In this document: in pieces, positions 46,854-56,603 of the stretch
Position numbering within the stretch: position 1 is the stretch's first letter
Layout: each line of letters begins with the position of its first letter
DNA from: Candidatus Bipolaricaulota bacterium
Lineage (GTDB): Bacteria > Bipolaricaulota > Bipolaricaulia > M55B111
DNA length: 59,838 nucleotides
Reading direction: 5' to 3'
Assembly: GCA_018334915.1 (NCBI GenBank)
Contig: JAGXLB010000002.1
Coordinates: 1-59,838 of the forward strand
The notes under the pieces: generated by a model
Database searches by the model: none
The model's input: the letters and a program-made list of their open reading frames with translations, nothing else
What the model was told of the DNA's origin: nothing
Made by a program: the position numbers and the translations under genes

Positions 46854-48128
46854 ATGCGGCTAATTCAAGCAGTTATACCTGAAGGCAAAAAAGAAGAAAT
46901 AACGGGGCTGTTGAAGGAAAAAGGAATTGACTACGTCATAAGCCCTGAGACCTCTCAGAGAAAATATAGCGACGTTTTATTCTTCCCCATTCCGAAGGAG
47001 GGTGTGGAAGAGGTCCTCGACGAACTCAGGAATACAGGCCTGGAAGAGAACGGGTTCACTATAGTCACTAAGGCGGAGGCAATAGTCGCCCGGGAGTTCG
47101 ATGAGCTCAAGGAGCGCTACAGGGAATCGGAAGAAGTGGACGAGAGCAAAGTAGCCCGACAGGAGCTAAAAGCGAGCGCCGAAAGCCTTTCTCCCTCCTC
47201 TCCAACTTATTACCTCCTGCTGTTGGCTGCATCGTTAATTGCTTCAGCCGGTATACTACTGGACAACGCGGCAATAGTTGTTGGGTCGATGGTTATTGCT
47301 CCACTCATAGGACCTGCAATGGCAAGTTGTGTTGGAACGATAATAAATGACGAATCTCTATTTTACTCAGGGGTTAAGCAACAGATACTTGGAGTGCTCC
47401 TCGCCGTAGCCAGCAGCGTTGCTTTTAGTAGATTGGCTTTATCCGTTATGATACCCGTCAATCTGAACCTTCTCTCGTTATCTCAGGTTACCCACCAGAT
47501 AAATCCCGGTTTTCTCAGCCTGGTTGTTGCCCTTGGTTCCGGCCTTGCTGGCGCTTTCTCTCTAACAGCCGGAATAAACTCCGCCCTTGTTGGGGTGATG
47601 ATCTCCGTCGCCCTTTTGCCTCCTGCTGCCGCCGCGGGAATAGGCATCGCTACCGTAAATTTGGAAATCGCTTTAAACGCGTCCATCATTTTGTTAATTA
47701 ACCTCGCTAGCATTAACCTCGCCGGAACTTTTACCCTCTGGTTTCAAGGGTATAAACCCGGCAAGTGGTACGAGCAGGAAGGAGCGGAAAAGGCCACAAG
47801 AAGCCGGATATTCATTCTTCTGGTTTTTCTGATGGTAATTGCTGTTTTTCTGGGTACAATGACCTGGGAAGCGAGAAGAGTGGGACACCGGGTAGCAAGG
47901 TTGCGTAAGTTAACTCAGGCAGCAATGACCGACGCGGGTGCCGAACTCACGGAATTCACCCCCGAAAAAACCGGTCTTTTCTTTGAAAAGATCGTCGGGA
48001 TTTCTGCCGAATACAGGGCTAAAACGTTCAAAGAGGGCCTCGCATCAGCTGTCGACGAACAGCTGGAGAGCTATCTGGATCGAAGCGTGGACCTGAACCT
48101 AAGCTATAAGAGAGTTGCTACGGGTTGA
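46854..48128 (+). CDS. DUF389 / TIGR00341-family membrane protein
   Basis: A soluble N-terminal domain (MRLIQAVIPEGKKEE...) is followed by a multi-TM region typical of DUF389. Confidence 0.6.
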   Translation: MRLIQAVIPEGKKEEITGLLKEKGIDYVISPETSQRKYSDVLFFPIPKEGVEEVLDELRNTGLEENGFTIVTKAEAIVAREFDELKERYRESEEVDESKVARQELKASAESLSPSSPTYYLLLLAASLIASAGILLDNAAIVVGSMVIAPLIGPAMASCVGTIINDESLFYSGVKQQILGVLLAVASSVAFSRLALSVMIPVNLNLLSLSQVTHQINPGFLSLVVALGSGLAGAFSLTAGINSALVGVMISVALLPPAAAAGIGIATVNLEIALNASIILLINLASINLAGTFTLWFQGYKPGKWYEQEGAEKATRSRIFILLVFLMVIAVFLGTMTWEARRVGHRVARLRKLTQAAMTDAGAELTEFTPEKTGLFFEKIVGISAEYRAKTFKEGLASAVDEQLESYLDRSVDLNLSYKRVATG

Positions 48129-48165
48129 CCGAACGAACTTAGTCACTTCATTAAGGTTAGAAACA

Positions 48166-48672
48166 ATGAACATTAACACGGCGATAATGCTCGGCATCTT
48201 TTCCCTCCTGGGACTCCTTACCTGGTTCCTCCAGGGGGTAGACGGTGTATTCCGGGGCTTAAAATCCAGCCTGGGAACTCTCGGTAGCGTTTGGGCCTTA
48301 CTGCTGTTGGCCCTGGGAGTGGCGGGCTTTCTTCGCGTGCTCGTCCCCCAGGAAGTCGTTTCCAATTACCTGGGACCGGCGAGCGGAATTAAAGGCTACC
48401 TTATAGCCTGGGGAGTAGGAGCCGTTACACCGGGAGCACCGTTTACAATATACCCCATCGCCGCCACTCTTCTCGAAGCCGGTTCGGGCATCGGCCAGGT
48501 AATGACAATGATCCTATCCGCGAGTATAGGGGTAGCACTTACCAGAGTACCTTACGAGGTAGCATTCCTCGGCTGGAGGTTCTCAGTACTCCGGTTTCTC
48601 TCGGCATTCGTAGTACCACTACTGGGGGGATTAATTGCGGGCGTCTTGGGCAAATTCTTTCAGTTCGGATGA
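48166..48672 (+). CDS. Small predicted permease (UPF0718/DUF318-like, half-size)
   Basis: Multi-TM protein of ~168 aa from the ATG at 48166. The track ORF starts at a TTG at 48115, inside the previous gene. Confidence 0.4.
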   Translation: MNINTAIMLGIFSLLGLLTWFLQGVDGVFRGLKSSLGTLGSVWALLLLALGVAGFLRVLVPQEVVSNYLGPASGIKGYLIAWGVGAVTPGAPFTIYPIAATLLEAGSGIGQVMTMILSASIGVALTRVPYEVAFLGWRFSVLRFLSAFVVPLLGGLIAGVLGKFFQFG

Positions 48673-48748
48673 CAGGGTCTACCAGGAGAGATCCTGATAG
48701 TGCCGTTTAGAAAATAGGCTAATCCTTCTGCCTCGAAAGAATTACCAG

Positions 48749-49249
48749 CTATCCGAGTAAGTATTTTAGAGCCGGGTACCTTTCTTCCAGAATTGGAGCG
48801 AGGAAAGAGTCTATGCCTCCTACTTTTCCAGCTTCCCCAATGGCCAGAATTCCGAACATAACCAGGTAAATAATCTGCTGACTAATTATTACTGATCCGG
48901 GGGGAATGACGGCTAAATAGAATAACAGCATAATTAACATCCCACCGTAAGACGCCAATCTGACTGCCGCACCAAATACAAGCGCTATTCCAATCATGAC
49001 CGATGACCAGATCAGCAATTGAATTACAAATGGATTACCCCAAAAGTTGAGCAAGATATTACCGACCGGACCCCGAGGATACGTCGTAGGCAGGACCACA
49101 CCAACTGTATTCCATGCTCCCCAGCCCCCGCCAACGAACAGCCTAAGTCCCAATCCAATCATGCTTGCACCCATAGCCAATCTCGCAAAAAAGAGCGAGA
49201 GATTTAGTCCTCTGGAACGCGAACTTCTGGTTTTGGAATTTTCTTTCAC
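48749..49249 (-). CDS. DoxX/DoxD-like membrane protein
   Basis: 166 aa with 4 TM helices and a C-terminal AGKVGGIDSFL resembling the DoxX family. It lies 83 nt downstream of sdhB. Confidence 0.45.
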   Translation of the reverse strand: MKENSKTRSSRSRGLNLSLFFARLAMGASMIGLGLRLFVGGGWGAWNTVGVVLPTTYPRGPVGNILLNFWGNPFVIQLLIWSSVMIGIALVFGAAVRLASYGGMLIMLLFYLAVIPPGSVIISQQIIYLVMFGILAIGEAGKVGGIDSFLAPILEERYPALKYLLG

Positions 49250-49332
49250 TTTAGACCTCCTATACTTAATAATCCAGTTACCATCCTTGCTTTGATATCA
49301 CAATTGTAATAAAATGGACAAAAATTACCAGG

Positions 49333-50055
49333 TTAAAACCCCAGTGCCTTCCGCTTTAGTTTCTCTATTACCCCCACTGTATCAATATCCTTCGGACAAG
49401 CATCATTACAGTTGAAAACTTTGTTACATCCCCAAACACCTCCGCGTTTATCATTTAAAACCTCCATTCGTTCGCCCTCACTTTCGTCCCGGCTATCACT
49501 CTCCCAGCGAAAAGCCCGGACGAAAGCAGCGGGACCGAGGTACTTTTTATTGTCCCAATAGGTTGGACAGGAGGAAGTACAGGCACCACACATTATACAC
49601 TTCGTAGCTTCCTGGATGGGTGCAAGTTCCTCGGGTGTTTGAAGATTTTCTTCTTCCGGAGAAGTTTTATCGGATCCAACCAAATACGGTTTTATTTCCC
49701 TATCGTGTTCAAACAGGGAACCCAGATCGACCACCAGGTCTTTAATCACCGGAAAACCCGGCAGAGGAGAAACTTTTACCCTCGATTCGTCCTGGGATAG
49801 GAGATCAACGAGGTGCGTTTTACAGGCCAGCCGATTCTCGCCGTTAATCAACATGGCACAGGAGCCACAGGACCCATGACCACAGGAATGTCGAAAGGTC
49901 AGGCTCCCGTCCTTCTCTTCCTTTAATCTGATAAGGGAATCTAGCACCGTTAAATCATCCAAATTTCCGGGTCTCGCGGATATAGAGAATTTCTGGTAGA
50001 AATTTCCTTCCTTTTCTTCCGGATTATACCTGCTAACTTCAAAAGCTATTTCCAC
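49333..50055 (-). CDS. sdhB: Succinate dehydrogenase/fumarate reductase iron-sulfur subunit
   Basis: 2Fe-2S motif CGHGSCGSCAM...C, 4Fe-4S motif CIMCGACTSSCP and a third cluster motif CNKVFNCNDACP. The start is uncertain (GTG at 50055 preferred, TTG at 50088 in the track). Confidence 0.85.
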   Translation of the reverse strand: MEIAFEVSRYNPEEKEGNFYQKFSISARPGNLDDLTVLDSLIRLKEEKDGSLTFRHSCGHGSCGSCAMLINGENRLACKTHLVDLLSQDESRVKVSPLPGFPVIKDLVVDLGSLFEHDREIKPYLVGSDKTSPEEENLQTPEELAPIQEATKCIMCGACTSSCPTYWDNKKYLGPAAFVRAFRWESDSRDESEGERMEVLNDKRGGVWGCNKVFNCNDACPKDIDTVGVIEKLKRKALGF

Positions 50056-50084
50056 TGTCAACGCTCCTCGTGAACAAACAAAAC

Positions 50085-51785
50085 TCAAGTACTATTCCTA
50101 ACAGGTCTGTAGTGATATCGTAACTTTCCTGATGAATTCTTATAAAAGAAAGAGTGCCTTAACCATTCCTCGTCCTGTCGATCCGGAAAGTCCGTCCTAT
50201 AGTGAGCTCCCCGGCTTTCTTCTCTTTCCAGAGCTGCCCTTACTATGACTTCAGAGTATTCAAGCATATTTCCCAGCTCCAGCGCAGTTCTCAGTTCAGT
50301 GTTAAAATTATCACTCCGATCCTCGATGACGAGTTTTTCGCTGTACTCCTTTTGAAGCTGGTGAATTATATCCAGCGCTTCTGTCAGATCCTCACTCGAG
50401 CGAAAGACTCCACATTTTTCAGTCATCGTTTCCTTCAATCCATCATGCAATTCATGGCTCCTGACCGAGCCCTGATCTTTCCGCAACGAGTTAAGCCTTG
50501 AATTGTACCTATCTACAAGGTTTGCATCTATTTTTCCGGAGATCCCAGGTTTCGCTTGCTCGGCGGCAAATCGTCCCGCTCGTTTGCCAAAGGTTACCGC
50601 CTCCAGCAGGGAATTGGTCCCCAGCCTGTTTGCACCGTGAACGCTCACACAGGCAGCCTCTCCCGCCGCGTACAGGTTCTGCCATTCATCTTGAACTTCT
50701 TTACCCTGAACTCGTCCCGTAGTGTCTGTGGGAATTCCACCCATACAATAATGCGCCATAGGTTGAACCGGAATCGGCTGCTCTAAGGGATCTACGTTGG
50801 CAAAATCCAAGGCAAGTTCTCGTATTGTCGGCAATTTTCGTTCTATCTTGGCGGAAGAGAGATGAGTAAGGTCGATATGGAGATAGTCCTTTCCATCTAT
50901 TCCCCTCCCTTCGTTAATTTCCCGTTGCATTGCTCGAACAACTCGATCCCGCGGAGCGAGTTCTTTACTTTCGGGCTCGTACTTTTCCATAAACCGGTTT
51001 CCTCGATCGTTCCTGAGGTAGCCTCCTTCGCCCCGAGCCGCTTCCGTAATCAGAATTCCCTTATCCCGGAGACCGGTAGGATGAAACTGGATAAATTCCA
51101 TATCCTGGAGCGGAATTCCATTTTTCAGGGCCATACCCAGTCCGTCACCGGTACTGGCCGTCCCACTACTCGTTAATTGATAGGCCTGACTGCAGCCCCC
51201 CGTAGCAAGGATTACCGCCCCTGCCCGGAAAACGACTAGTTCTCCCGCCCTGACGTCGTAAGCGACAAGCCCGGAGACGGAATTCCCATCCGTCATCAAA
51301 TCGAGGACGAAATACTCATCGTAGAAAGTAGTTTCAAGCTTAACGTTTTCCCCGTAAAGGGCATAGACTATCGCGTGACCCGTTCTGTCCGCGGCATAAA
51401 GCGCTCTTGGGAAGGTATGGCCGCCAAATGGACGCTGGTCTAGTTTCCCTTCTTCAGTTCTGCTGAATGGAACTCCCATTCGCTCCAGTTCTATTACATT
51501 CCCTCCTGCGTTTTTTGCCAGTACTTCTCCAGCGTCCTTATCAACTAGACCTGCTCCACCCTCGATCGTATCTTGCAGATGTTTTTCCCAGCTATCATTG
51601 TGGCTCTCCTGGATATTAGCCAACGAGGCAGCTATCCCACCCTGGGCCGAAACCGAGTGCGACCGTAGAGTTCGTACTTTGGAAATTAAGCCAACGTCAT
51701 CCAGTTCCTTTTTTGCCTCTATGGCAGCCCGCAGACCGGCAGCTCCCCCTCCAATTATCACCAGCTGATGATCAATATTCTTCAT
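50085..51785 (-). CDS. sdhA: Succinate dehydrogenase/fumarate reductase flavoprotein subunit
   Basis: FAD motif VIIGGGAAGLRAA, HPTG, RGEGG; 566 aa. Confidence 0.9.
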   Translation of the reverse strand: MKNIDHQLVIIGGGAAGLRAAIEAKKELDDVGLISKVRTLRSHSVSAQGGIAASLANIQESHNDSWEKHLQDTIEGGAGLVDKDAGEVLAKNAGGNVIELERMGVPFSRTEEGKLDQRPFGGHTFPRALYAADRTGHAIVYALYGENVKLETTFYDEYFVLDLMTDGNSVSGLVAYDVRAGELVVFRAGAVILATGGCSQAYQLTSSGTASTGDGLGMALKNGIPLQDMEFIQFHPTGLRDKGILITEAARGEGGYLRNDRGNRFMEKYEPESKELAPRDRVVRAMQREINEGRGIDGKDYLHIDLTHLSSAKIERKLPTIRELALDFANVDPLEQPIPVQPMAHYCMGGIPTDTTGRVQGKEVQDEWQNLYAAGEAACVSVHGANRLGTNSLLEAVTFGKRAGRFAAEQAKPGISGKIDANLVDRYNSRLNSLRKDQGSVRSHELHDGLKETMTEKCGVFRSSEDLTEALDIIHQLQKEYSEKLVIEDRSDNFNTELRTALELGNMLEYSEVIVRAALEREESRGAHYRTDFPDRQDEEWLRHSFFYKNSSGKLRYHYRPVRNST

Positions 51786-51818
51786 CTCAACCCCTTCGAA
51801 TAACTTACTATTTTGAAC

Positions 51819-52496
51819 CTACGAGGGCCCGGTTGAACTCAACACTCCCCGCTTTACGATCTTTCCCTCTACCATGTAATAATCCCGTTTTGCCAGGTCC
51901 GCAGCCAGATGGAAGTTCTGCTCCACAAAGAGAACGGAAACTCCGGAGGCGTAGATATCTTTTATCCTGCCAGAAAACTCGATGGCGTTCTCTTGAGACA
52001 GACCGAGAGAGAATTCGTCCAGCAGCAATATCTCTGGGCTTGACATTAAGGCTTTTCCCAGAGCAAGCATCTGCCTTTCTCCGCCGCTCAGAGTTGTCGC
52101 TCTCTCTCCCATTCTTTCCTCTAAAGAAGGGAACATATCGCTAACCTGCCTGAGCTTATTGCCCGTGCTTTTCGGATTCAAATACGACCCCATCTCCAGG
52201 TTTTCCCGAACGCTCATACGAGGAAACACGTTATCTTCTGAAGGACAATAGCCCAGTCCACGCTCGATGCGTTTATGAGTGGGCAATTCAAGCAGACTCT
52301 CTCTCTTAAAAAACAACTTGTCGGCTTTAGGTTGCTCCAGTCCAACAATCGACCGCAGTGTCATAGTTTTTCCCGACCCGTTTTCGCCCACTAACCCCAC
52401 TATTTCCCCTTTACCGACGTGCAGATCTAGAGAATGGAGAACGGTAGAGCCATCGAGACTCAACCTCAAACCGGAAACTTCCAGAAGCTTATTCAT
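51819..52496 (-). CDS. livF: Branched-chain amino acid-type ABC transporter ATP-binding protein (LivF-like)
   Basis: Walker A GENGSGKT, signature LSGGERQML, Walker B LLLDEFS. Confidence 0.8.
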   Translation of the reverse strand: MNKLLEVSGLRLSLDGSTVLHSLDLHVGKGEIVGLVGENGSGKTMTLRSIVGLEQPKADKLFFKRESLLELPTHKRIERGLGYCPSEDNVFPRMSVRENLEMGSYLNPKSTGNKLRQVSDMFPSLEERMGERATTLSGGERQMLALGKALMSSPEILLLDEFSLGLSQENAIEFSGRIKDIYASGVSVLFVEQNFHLAADLAKRDYYMVEGKIVKRGVLSSTGPS

Positions 52497-53178
52497 TTGG
52501 AATAGTTACCTTCCCACCGTCCATATGTACGAGATTATCGGCCAAACTGGCAACTGAACCAAGATCGTGTTCAACAAGCACTACGGTAAGTCCTTTGTGG
52601 CTCAATAGTTTTATCAATCCAGTTAGTTCCTGCAAATCGAAAGTATTGGTGCCGCTGAATGGTTCATCCAGTAATAGTAACTTCGGATTTGTAGCAATAG
52701 CGATAGCAAGCTCCAGCCGCCTTTTATAACCGTAAGATAGGTGTCTGGCAAGAAATTCTTCGTACTTCCTAAGCTTCGTAACTTTCAGAATCCAGTCGAT
52801 TCGGGATCCGATCCCGTCACCAACTGGTTCTTCGCTAGCCTCTCTGTTTTTGGCAGAATAGGTCCCTGTTACCACGTTTTCCCGCACCGATAACCCTGAG
52901 AACACCCTACTTCCCTGAAATGTCCTGGTTATTCCAGCCTTTACCCGCCTGGAGACAGACCAGTCAGTTATCTCTCGCCCCTCGAAATAGATCGATCCGG
53001 TTGAAGGAGGCAGAAAACCACTAATTAGATTAAATAAAGTAGTCTTGCCCGCTCCATTCGGTCCCACCAAACCAGTCACAGAACCTCTTTCTATCGTCAT
53101 ATCTACTTCCTTTACGGCCCTTAATCCATCGAAATGCTTATTCAAGTTCTCCAATCTTGCGATTTTTCCCACCAGCAA
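52489..53178 (-). CDS. livG: Branched-chain amino acid-type ABC transporter ATP-binding protein (LivG-like)
   Basis: Walker A GPNGAGKTT, signature LSYGYKRRL, Walker B LLLDEPF. Confidence 0.8.
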   Translation of the reverse strand: MLVGKIARLENLNKHFDGLRAVKEVDMTIERGSVTGLVGPNGAGKTTLFNLISGFLPPSTGSIYFEGREITDWSVSRRVKAGITRTFQGSRVFSGLSVRENVVTGTYSAKNREASEEPVGDGIGSRIDWILKVTKLRKYEEFLARHLSYGYKRRLELAIAIATNPKLLLLDEPFSGTNTFDLQELTGLIKLLSHKGLTVVLVEHDLGSVASLADNLVHMDGGKVTIPNE

Positions 53179-53183
53179 CCCCC

Positions 53184-55124
53184 TTATTCATCCATATCTT
53201 CTAATCGTGACGACTCCATTACTGCCATATCCTCACCGGTATTTACGAACTTTTCCGGTAAAAAGCGACCAAGTAATTTCTTTAGAAATCCCACAACTCC
53301 TCCCGGAAAATAGATCAATGTAAGTATCAAAATACCACTAAAGATAACCTGTCCGAGATAGGAACTAAGCGGCCGCGTAAACTCCTCAATTATCCTTACG
53401 AATCCGGACCCCAGAACGGGACCTATAAGATTCCCCAGCCCGCCAATTCTATTCATCATGAGAAACCTAAAAGACTTTACGAAATTAAACAAGTCAGGGT
53501 GCAGGTAAGTCACGTAATGAGCGTATAAAGATCCTCCAATCCCGGCCACGGCAGCACTGAGCCCAAAAACAGCCACTTTGTATCGCCCTGAAGGAATCCC
53601 GACCGATCTGGCAAGTCCTTCGTCTTCTCTTATCGCCTTGATCGACCTGCCAAACCAGGATTTTACTGCCAGACGTTTTAGCCCTAAAAGACAGAATAAA
53701 ACCAGGACTACCAGAAGGTAATAAGCCTTTTTATTAAGAAAAGGATTGAGCAATATTCTATTAGTAACCGGTATTCCCAGCGAAAGATGGGGCACGCCGG
53801 ACAGACCACTGGGCCCACCGGTAAAAACCTCAAAATTTATAAACGAGATGGTAAATATAATGGTTGAAATAAAGGTAAACGAAGTCCAGTGACGACCTGT
53901 CCTGATTCCAATCAACCCCACTAATAAACCAATCATTCCTGCTACCGCCGCTCCTCCGGCCAGGGCAAGGAAGACGGAATTACTAATATTCATAGTTAAA
54001 ACCGCCGAAGTATAAGCTCCAATACCAAAGAAAGCACCCTGAGCAAGTGACGGCAGGCCAGCGCAACCGTAAAGCAAATCAAGACTCGAGACACCGATTG
54101 CGGTCGTCCCAATCACGATCCCCAGGTGGAGGAAGTAAGAAGGAAGACTAACGAGGACGGGTATAATCAAAACTCCAGCAGCTAATACCCATAGGTACCG
54201 CGCCTTAATTGGGGACTCGATCCTAATAAAACTCCCCCAGGCTCGGCGGATGCTATGTCTTTCTTCGGGTCCGAGCACACCCGGGTGAACCAGAGTAACC
54301 GCTATCAGGAGGAGAAATGGAATCAAGTTGCTTAATTCTCCAAGGAAATAAGCCGAAGTCAGTGATTCTGCTAACCCCACCAGGAGGGACAGCCCAAGAA
54401 CTGCCGGAACAGAGCCCATGGCGATGCGAGAGATCGCGAATGCTTTCAATACCGTCAATCTACCCGCAAAAGGAGTAATCGTATATACTGGAGCTGTGAT
54501 AAAACCGGCAAATCCGGCCAGAGCTCCGGACAGAGCGAAAGCTATACCGGTGGTTCTCAGTGGGTTGACTCCTGAAAGAGAAGCTACTTCCCTGTTCTGA
54601 GAAATAGCCCTGATAGCCTTACCCCATCTCGTCTTGCGTAAAAGATACCAAACAAGTAGGGCCAGTAATACTGCGCTGAATATTACCAGTAATTTATGTG
54701 AATAGATCGACACGGTACCGAGCTTTAATACCGTTGGTGAAAGCGGCGAGGAAAGCGTTTTCGCTCGCTCCCCGTATCCCATGGCAACGATACTCTGTAC
54801 AATTAACAGAAGACTTACGGCACCGAGAAAAGTTGGAGCTATCCCGTGCCTTCTGAGCCTTCTATAGATAAGTAGCCCGAAAGCCAGGCTGAGTCCGGCC
54901 GTCAAGGGGATTACCAGTAAGGGGGCAATAAAGTAATTGAACCCGGACTCCCCCGCAAGCGAGTAAGCGAGATAGGCTCCTACGGTAAACAACCCGCCCT
55001 GAGCTACGTCACCTATCTCCAGCACTCCAAAAATCAGGGCCACGCCAAGGGCCAGCAGCCCATAGTAACTACCTAAAAAAACGCCATCCAGGAGGAACTC
55101 AGGCAGGACTGACCAGGCAATCAT
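53184..55124 (-). CDS. Fused LivH-LivM-type ABC permease
   Basis: 646 aa. The N-terminal half is LivH-like and the C-terminal half LivM-like, each with about 8-10 TM helices. Confidence 0.75.
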   Translation of the reverse strand: MIAWSVLPEFLLDGVFLGSYYGLLALGVALIFGVLEIGDVAQGGLFTVGAYLAYSLAGESGFNYFIAPLLVIPLTAGLSLAFGLLIYRRLRRHGIAPTFLGAVSLLLIVQSIVAMGYGERAKTLSSPLSPTVLKLGTVSIYSHKLLVIFSAVLLALLVWYLLRKTRWGKAIRAISQNREVASLSGVNPLRTTGIAFALSGALAGFAGFITAPVYTITPFAGRLTVLKAFAISRIAMGSVPAVLGLSLLVGLAESLTSAYFLGELSNLIPFLLLIAVTLVHPGVLGPEERHSIRRAWGSFIRIESPIKARYLWVLAAGVLIIPVLVSLPSYFLHLGIVIGTTAIGVSSLDLLYGCAGLPSLAQGAFFGIGAYTSAVLTMNISNSVFLALAGGAAVAGMIGLLVGLIGIRTGRHWTSFTFISTIIFTISFINFEVFTGGPSGLSGVPHLSLGIPVTNRILLNPFLNKKAYYLLVVLVLFCLLGLKRLAVKSWFGRSIKAIREDEGLARSVGIPSGRYKVAVFGLSAAVAGIGGSLYAHYVTYLHPDLFNFVKSFRFLMMNRIGGLGNLIGPVLGSGFVRIIEEFTRPLSSYLGQVIFSGILILTLIYFPGGVVGFLKKLLGRFLPEKFVNTGEDMAVMESSRLEDMDE

Positions 55125-55133
55125 ATAATTTTA

Positions 55134-56468
55134 TTAGGAGCACAGAGGCCCAATTAGATCTTCCCCGTAACCGCGATCCTTTAACAAATACTGTTCCCTG
55201 TTTCTGAAAGTTGCCACTCCAAGCCTTATGTTAAACTGGCCACAGCTCAGAAACCCGTAATTCCCGTATGGCGTCCTGACTGTTGGACCGGTATCGCTCT
55301 TGTTTCCTGGTAATAAATAGCTGATCGCCCTTTTAGGCAACTCCCCGGTAAGGCTCATATCCGAAATAGCCTCTTCCCCTTGCCCTTCCATCAATCCTTC
55401 AATTGCCTGTTTAATTATGTAGATGCTACCCCATCCCCAGCTTGCCGAAGGAGGTGAATCAGGAGGGCTACCAAACTCGTCCTTAAAAGCCTCCTCCATC
55501 TTAACCGCCTGCGCCGGTGGACTGGTTCTTGAGAATTCTCTTTCCAAACCAGCTCCCTCGTAGTGCCAGGAGAAAATCACTCCATCCCCGAGCCCTTTGT
55601 TAACCACCTGTTTTTCAAAAGCCACCGAGCCGTTGGGAGTCTGCCCGGTATAGTAACCGAAGTCGTTCGGATCTATGTTTCTTCTATCAAATTCCCGGGC
55701 AACGGAGATGAGATCGTCAGGGATGCCAGTACCAATGATTAGCCCTTCAGCGGAGGAATTCATTACCTTGGTCATTAAGGGTGAAAAATCGCGGTTGAAC
55801 GGGGGATAAAATTCGGACCCAACTAGAGTGACTCCTTCAAGTTGCCCCATAACGCTTTCAGTAAACTGTTTAAAAGACTTTCCCGGCTGGATATTCGGAG
55901 CAATTAAATACAATTTCTGATGATCTCTTACCTCCGAGGCGTACTTCAAAATTGGTGCAGCCTGGAGAGACCTTTGAGTTCCAAACCGGATCGACAGGGG
56001 GTATTTCTCGTGCCTTTTGGTAAACCCGAGATCCCCGCCAAAAAATATTTGAGGAATTCCTGCAGATGATAAAATTGGCTGGCTTGCCGCTCCATGAGTA
56101 CCGATTAACGGTCCCAAGGCAAAGCTAATATCGCCGCTATTCGCTAATCTTCGGGCGGCCTCCGAAGCACCCGTCTGCGATGTTTTACCGTCTTCCACGA
56201 CCACCTTTAATTCTATTTCTCCAGCAATTCCTCCTTTGTCGTTTATTCTCTTCTCTGCCATCTTAGCACCATCCCTGATAGTTTTACCCACGGGAGCATT
56301 GGGCCCGGTAAGCGAAAAGATACCACCAATTTTCATCCTGGCCGATGAACCATGTGTGGTGCGTGACAAAACAAACGGGAGAGAAAAAGAAAGAAAAGAA
56401 CCACCAGCTAATTTAAGAAATTTCCGCCGACTAAAGTCCGTGTCGGAATCAAAGCCCCCTTCAGTCAT
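55134..56468 (-). CDS. LIV-type (type 1 periplasmic binding fold) substrate-binding protein with a twin-arginine signal
   Basis: SRRKFLKLAGGSFLSFSL Tat motif, then IGGIFSLTGPNAPVGK typical of Leu/Ile/Val-binding-family SBPs. Confidence 0.75.
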   Translation of the reverse strand: MTEGGFDSDTDFSRRKFLKLAGGSFLSFSLPFVLSRTTHGSSARMKIGGIFSLTGPNAPVGKTIRDGAKMAEKRINDKGGIAGEIELKVVVEDGKTSQTGASEAARRLANSGDISFALGPLIGTHGAASQPILSSAGIPQIFFGGDLGFTKRHEKYPLSIRFGTQRSLQAAPILKYASEVRDHQKLYLIAPNIQPGKSFKQFTESVMGQLEGVTLVGSEFYPPFNRDFSPLMTKVMNSSAEGLIIGTGIPDDLISVAREFDRRNIDPNDFGYYTGQTPNGSVAFEKQVVNKGLGDGVIFSWHYEGAGLEREFSRTSPPAQAVKMEEAFKDEFGSPPDSPPSASWGWGSIYIIKQAIEGLMEGQGEEAISDMSLTGELPKRAISYLLPGNKSDTGPTVRTPYGNYGFLSCGQFNIRLGVATFRNREQYLLKDRGYGEDLIGPLCS

Positions 56469-56498
56469 ATTGACCTCCTAAAAATTTCTGAATGATCT

Positions 56499-56557
56499 CT
56501 CCGTTAGTTAAAAGTTTCTGGATAGATAAAGCCGTAAGAATTAACTAACTGACGGAG
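56499..56557. promoter_or_regulatory. Inverted repeat upstream of the LIV operon RBS
   Basis: CTCCGTTAGTTAA (56499-56511) pairs with TTAACTAAC-TGA-CGGAG (56541-57), 13 bp with a 3-nt bulge. It lies about 30 nt upstream of the SD for the 56468 start. Confidence 0.3.
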
Positions 56558-56603
56558 ATCTTTAATGAATCTTAAAAAGCGCTTCTTCTAAAAATTAGCC
56601 AGC

